64,000 nucleotides of DNA from an uncultured Alphaproteobacteria bacterium (GTDB taxonomy: Bacteria; Pseudomonadota; Alphaproteobacteria; Sphingomonadales; SMXR01): assembly GCA_937126915.1 (NCBI GenBank), contig CAKZLM010000031.1, positions 13,825-77,824 of the forward strand, in the 5' to 3' direction. Below, in pieces: positions 62,476-64,000 of the stretch. Under the pieces are notes generated by a model. That model did no database searches. It saw only the letters and a list, made by a program, of their open reading frames with translations, and was not told where the DNA came from. Made by a program: the position numbers and the translations under genes. Numbering within the stretch: the first letter of the stretch is position 1; the number at the start of each line of letters is the position of its first letter.

Positions 62476-63752
62476 GGTCCTGTGACCTTTCTGTTCTCAA
62501 ATTTAATCCACGGTGATGGGTTGATCGGATCACCGCCTTTTCGCAATTCTAAATACAACTCAGGTTGGCTTTGCGGGCTTTTGTCTTGGGTCGCCATTTT
62601 GCCTAATGGCTCACCTGCTAACACCCATTGACCGACAAACGCACTTTGTTGATCAAGTCCTGCGTATAGACTGTAATAATTGTCGTCATGTGACAAGATT
62701 AATATATGCCCATAATGGCGAAATGGCCCAGAAAATACGACGGTTCCATCATGAGGCGCGACAACTTGCGCCTGATAACGGGTTTGTATCTTGATACCTT
62801 TGGATTTTTCGACATCCAGTTGCTGGCCAAAACGTTGGGTGATTCTTCCCCTTACAGGTGGTGGCATGCGACCTTTCACCTCAGCAAATCGTTTGCCTGT
62901 TAGGCTTTCAATGTCGGCACTTGGGGCGGTTAAGTTTTGTTGACGTTGCTCTGATCTATTGCGCCGTGCTAATCGTTCGGCGGCATCTTCGGCGGCCTTG
63001 GCACGTTCGATTTTGTCCTCTTCCAGCTTTAACAACAACGCCTTTAACGTTGCGGCATTGCGCGCCAAACGTTTTAGCTTGGTATCCAATTCATTGGCAT
63101 TGCTTTGAAGGGCTTGAAAGCGTTGTTTGCGGCGGTCTAAAAACTCATCCAAAACCCGCTTATCTTCAACTGACGCAGCCAAAGTGGCAGACAGTTGGTC
63201 CTTTTTTTCGTCCATTTGTAGGCGGGTTGATTGAATTTCAGAAAGCGCCGTTTTAATCGCCTCGGCCTCTTTTTTCAATTCGGGCAAGGCATTAGCCAAA
63301 AGGCTTGCACTGCGGGCGGTATCTATGGCTTCGTCGGGGCGGGCCAGACCAAGGGCAGGTGGGCGCTCTGACAATCGACTTAGGGCCGCCAATGTTTCGG
63401 CCATATGAGCCTTTTTGCCATCAAGGTCTTGCAACTGTTGGCGCTCGGTTCGTTGCAACGCACTGATATCCTCTTCAAGGGAAGACATTTCATATTCTTT
63501 TTCTTGAATGATGCGGGCGCGAACAATCAGTTCTGCGGTGATAGAGCGCATTTCTTGGCGACTGGCATCAACCTGCTCAAGAACCCTATCGCGGTCTTGT
63601 TTGGTTTTTTCAATATCTTCTTCGAGCTTTTCGAGCTTGGCGTTTTGGTCTTGATTAGCAAGAGAAACAGTATTCAGAACAAAAGTTCCGGAAAATAATC
63701 CGGCCACACAAACGGCAGACATAAGTCTTTGTATTGTTTGGCTTTTATTCAC
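62472..63752 (-). CDS. murein hydrolase activator EnvC-like (coiled-coil plus M23/LytM domain) protein
   Basis: Signal peptide, a long coiled-coil N-terminal half, and a C-terminal LytM domain (GIKIQT...GTVVFSGPFRHYGHILILSHD...LYLELRKGGDPINP). It overlaps ctpA by 4 nt. Confidence 0.85.
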   Translation of the reverse strand: MNKSQTIQRLMSAVCVAGLFSGTFVLNTVSLANQDQNAKLEKLEEDIEKTKQDRDRVLEQVDASRQEMRSITAELIVRARIIQEKEYEMSSLEEDISALQRTERQQLQDLDGKKAHMAETLAALSRLSERPPALGLARPDEAIDTARSASLLANALPELKKEAEAIKTALSEIQSTRLQMDEKKDQLSATLAASVEDKRVLDEFLDRRKQRFQALQSNANELDTKLKRLARNAATLKALLLKLEEDKIERAKAAEDAAERLARRNRSEQRQQNLTAPSADIESLTGKRFAEVKGRMPPPVRGRITQRFGQQLDVEKSKGIKIQTRYQAQVVAPHDGTVVFSGPFRHYGHILILSHDDNYYSLYAGLDQQSAFVGQWVLAGEPLGKMATQDKSPQSQPELYLELRKGGDPINPSPWIKFENRKVTGP

Positions 63753-63785
63753 GTATTTAAGGCTCCTCCGCCATTGCCTAAGGTC

Positions 63786-64000
63786 TTACGAGACCAAATT
63801 GCGCCCAGTCATTTCAGCAGGTTGATCAACCCCCATCAAGCTTAAAACTGTCGGTGCCAAGTCAGCCAATTTACCATTGCTTAAACGTTGGTTTTGGCTT
63901 TCATTATCCACCAATAATAACGGCACATCCCAATTAGTGTGGGCTGTGTGTGGCTCGCCAGTTAGGGTATCAACCATCAGCTCTACATTGCCATGATCTG
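63786..64000 (-). CDS. gpmI: 2,3-bisphosphoglycerate-independent phosphoglycerate mutase, C-terminal part; 5' end lies outside the window
   Basis: The frame stays open to the window edge (...[30 protein letters not shown]...[13 protein letters not shown]), which matches the GpmI C-terminus. Confidence 0.85.
   Translation of the reverse strand, partial: DHGNVELMVDTLTGEPHTAHTNWDVPLLLVDNESQNQRLSNGKLADLAPTVLSLMGVDQPAEMTGRNLVS

Overview
The window reads as core chromosome of an alphaproteobacterium. The call rests on synteny and lineage-typical families: sdhCDAB, zapE, mdh-sucCDAB-lpdA, xerC/priA/atpHAGDC, gpmI-envC-ctpA-yibQ-rppH, plus IalB, DUF1223, DUF2794 and PAS_5. I can support 58 protein-coding genes, two of them cut by the window ends. 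I saw no rRNA, tRNA, CRISPR array, IS transposase, integrase island or prophage genes.

All product calls come from recognising motifs in the supplied translations and from gene context. No database search was run. Start codons were re-picked by eye from Shine-Dalgarno spacing and may be off by a few codons.

Observations worth a second look:
1. A tandem array of five diverged secreted or lipoprotein beta-helix paralogues (DUF2807 / 'head GIN domain' type), split by a DUF2794 gene.
2. A family of structured repeats built around a 15-bp palindrome, TAGTRAC-N-GTYACTA. Copies fill convergent intergenic gaps. Copies also bracket two gene blocks that interrupt otherwise conserved synteny: a Y-family DNA polymerase between polA and sdhC, and a beta-carbonic anhydrase/TauE pair between zapE and mdh. 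A roughly 780-bp composite of these repeats, with an exact 72-bp tandem duplication, lies upstream of sdhC.
3. An RppH Nudix hydrolase fused in frame to a PAS_5 (DUF1457) domain.
4. An uncharacterised four-gene GldA/F/G-type ABC module with a DUF4340-like partner.
5. Several long perfect palindromes in regulatory positions: a 25-bp Fur-box-like site ahead of a DMT transporter, an 18-bp inverted repeat between xerC and priA, and a 15-bp-stem hairpin ahead of the GldG-type operon.

None of these can be assigned a function from sequence alone. Each finding below lists a decisive test.
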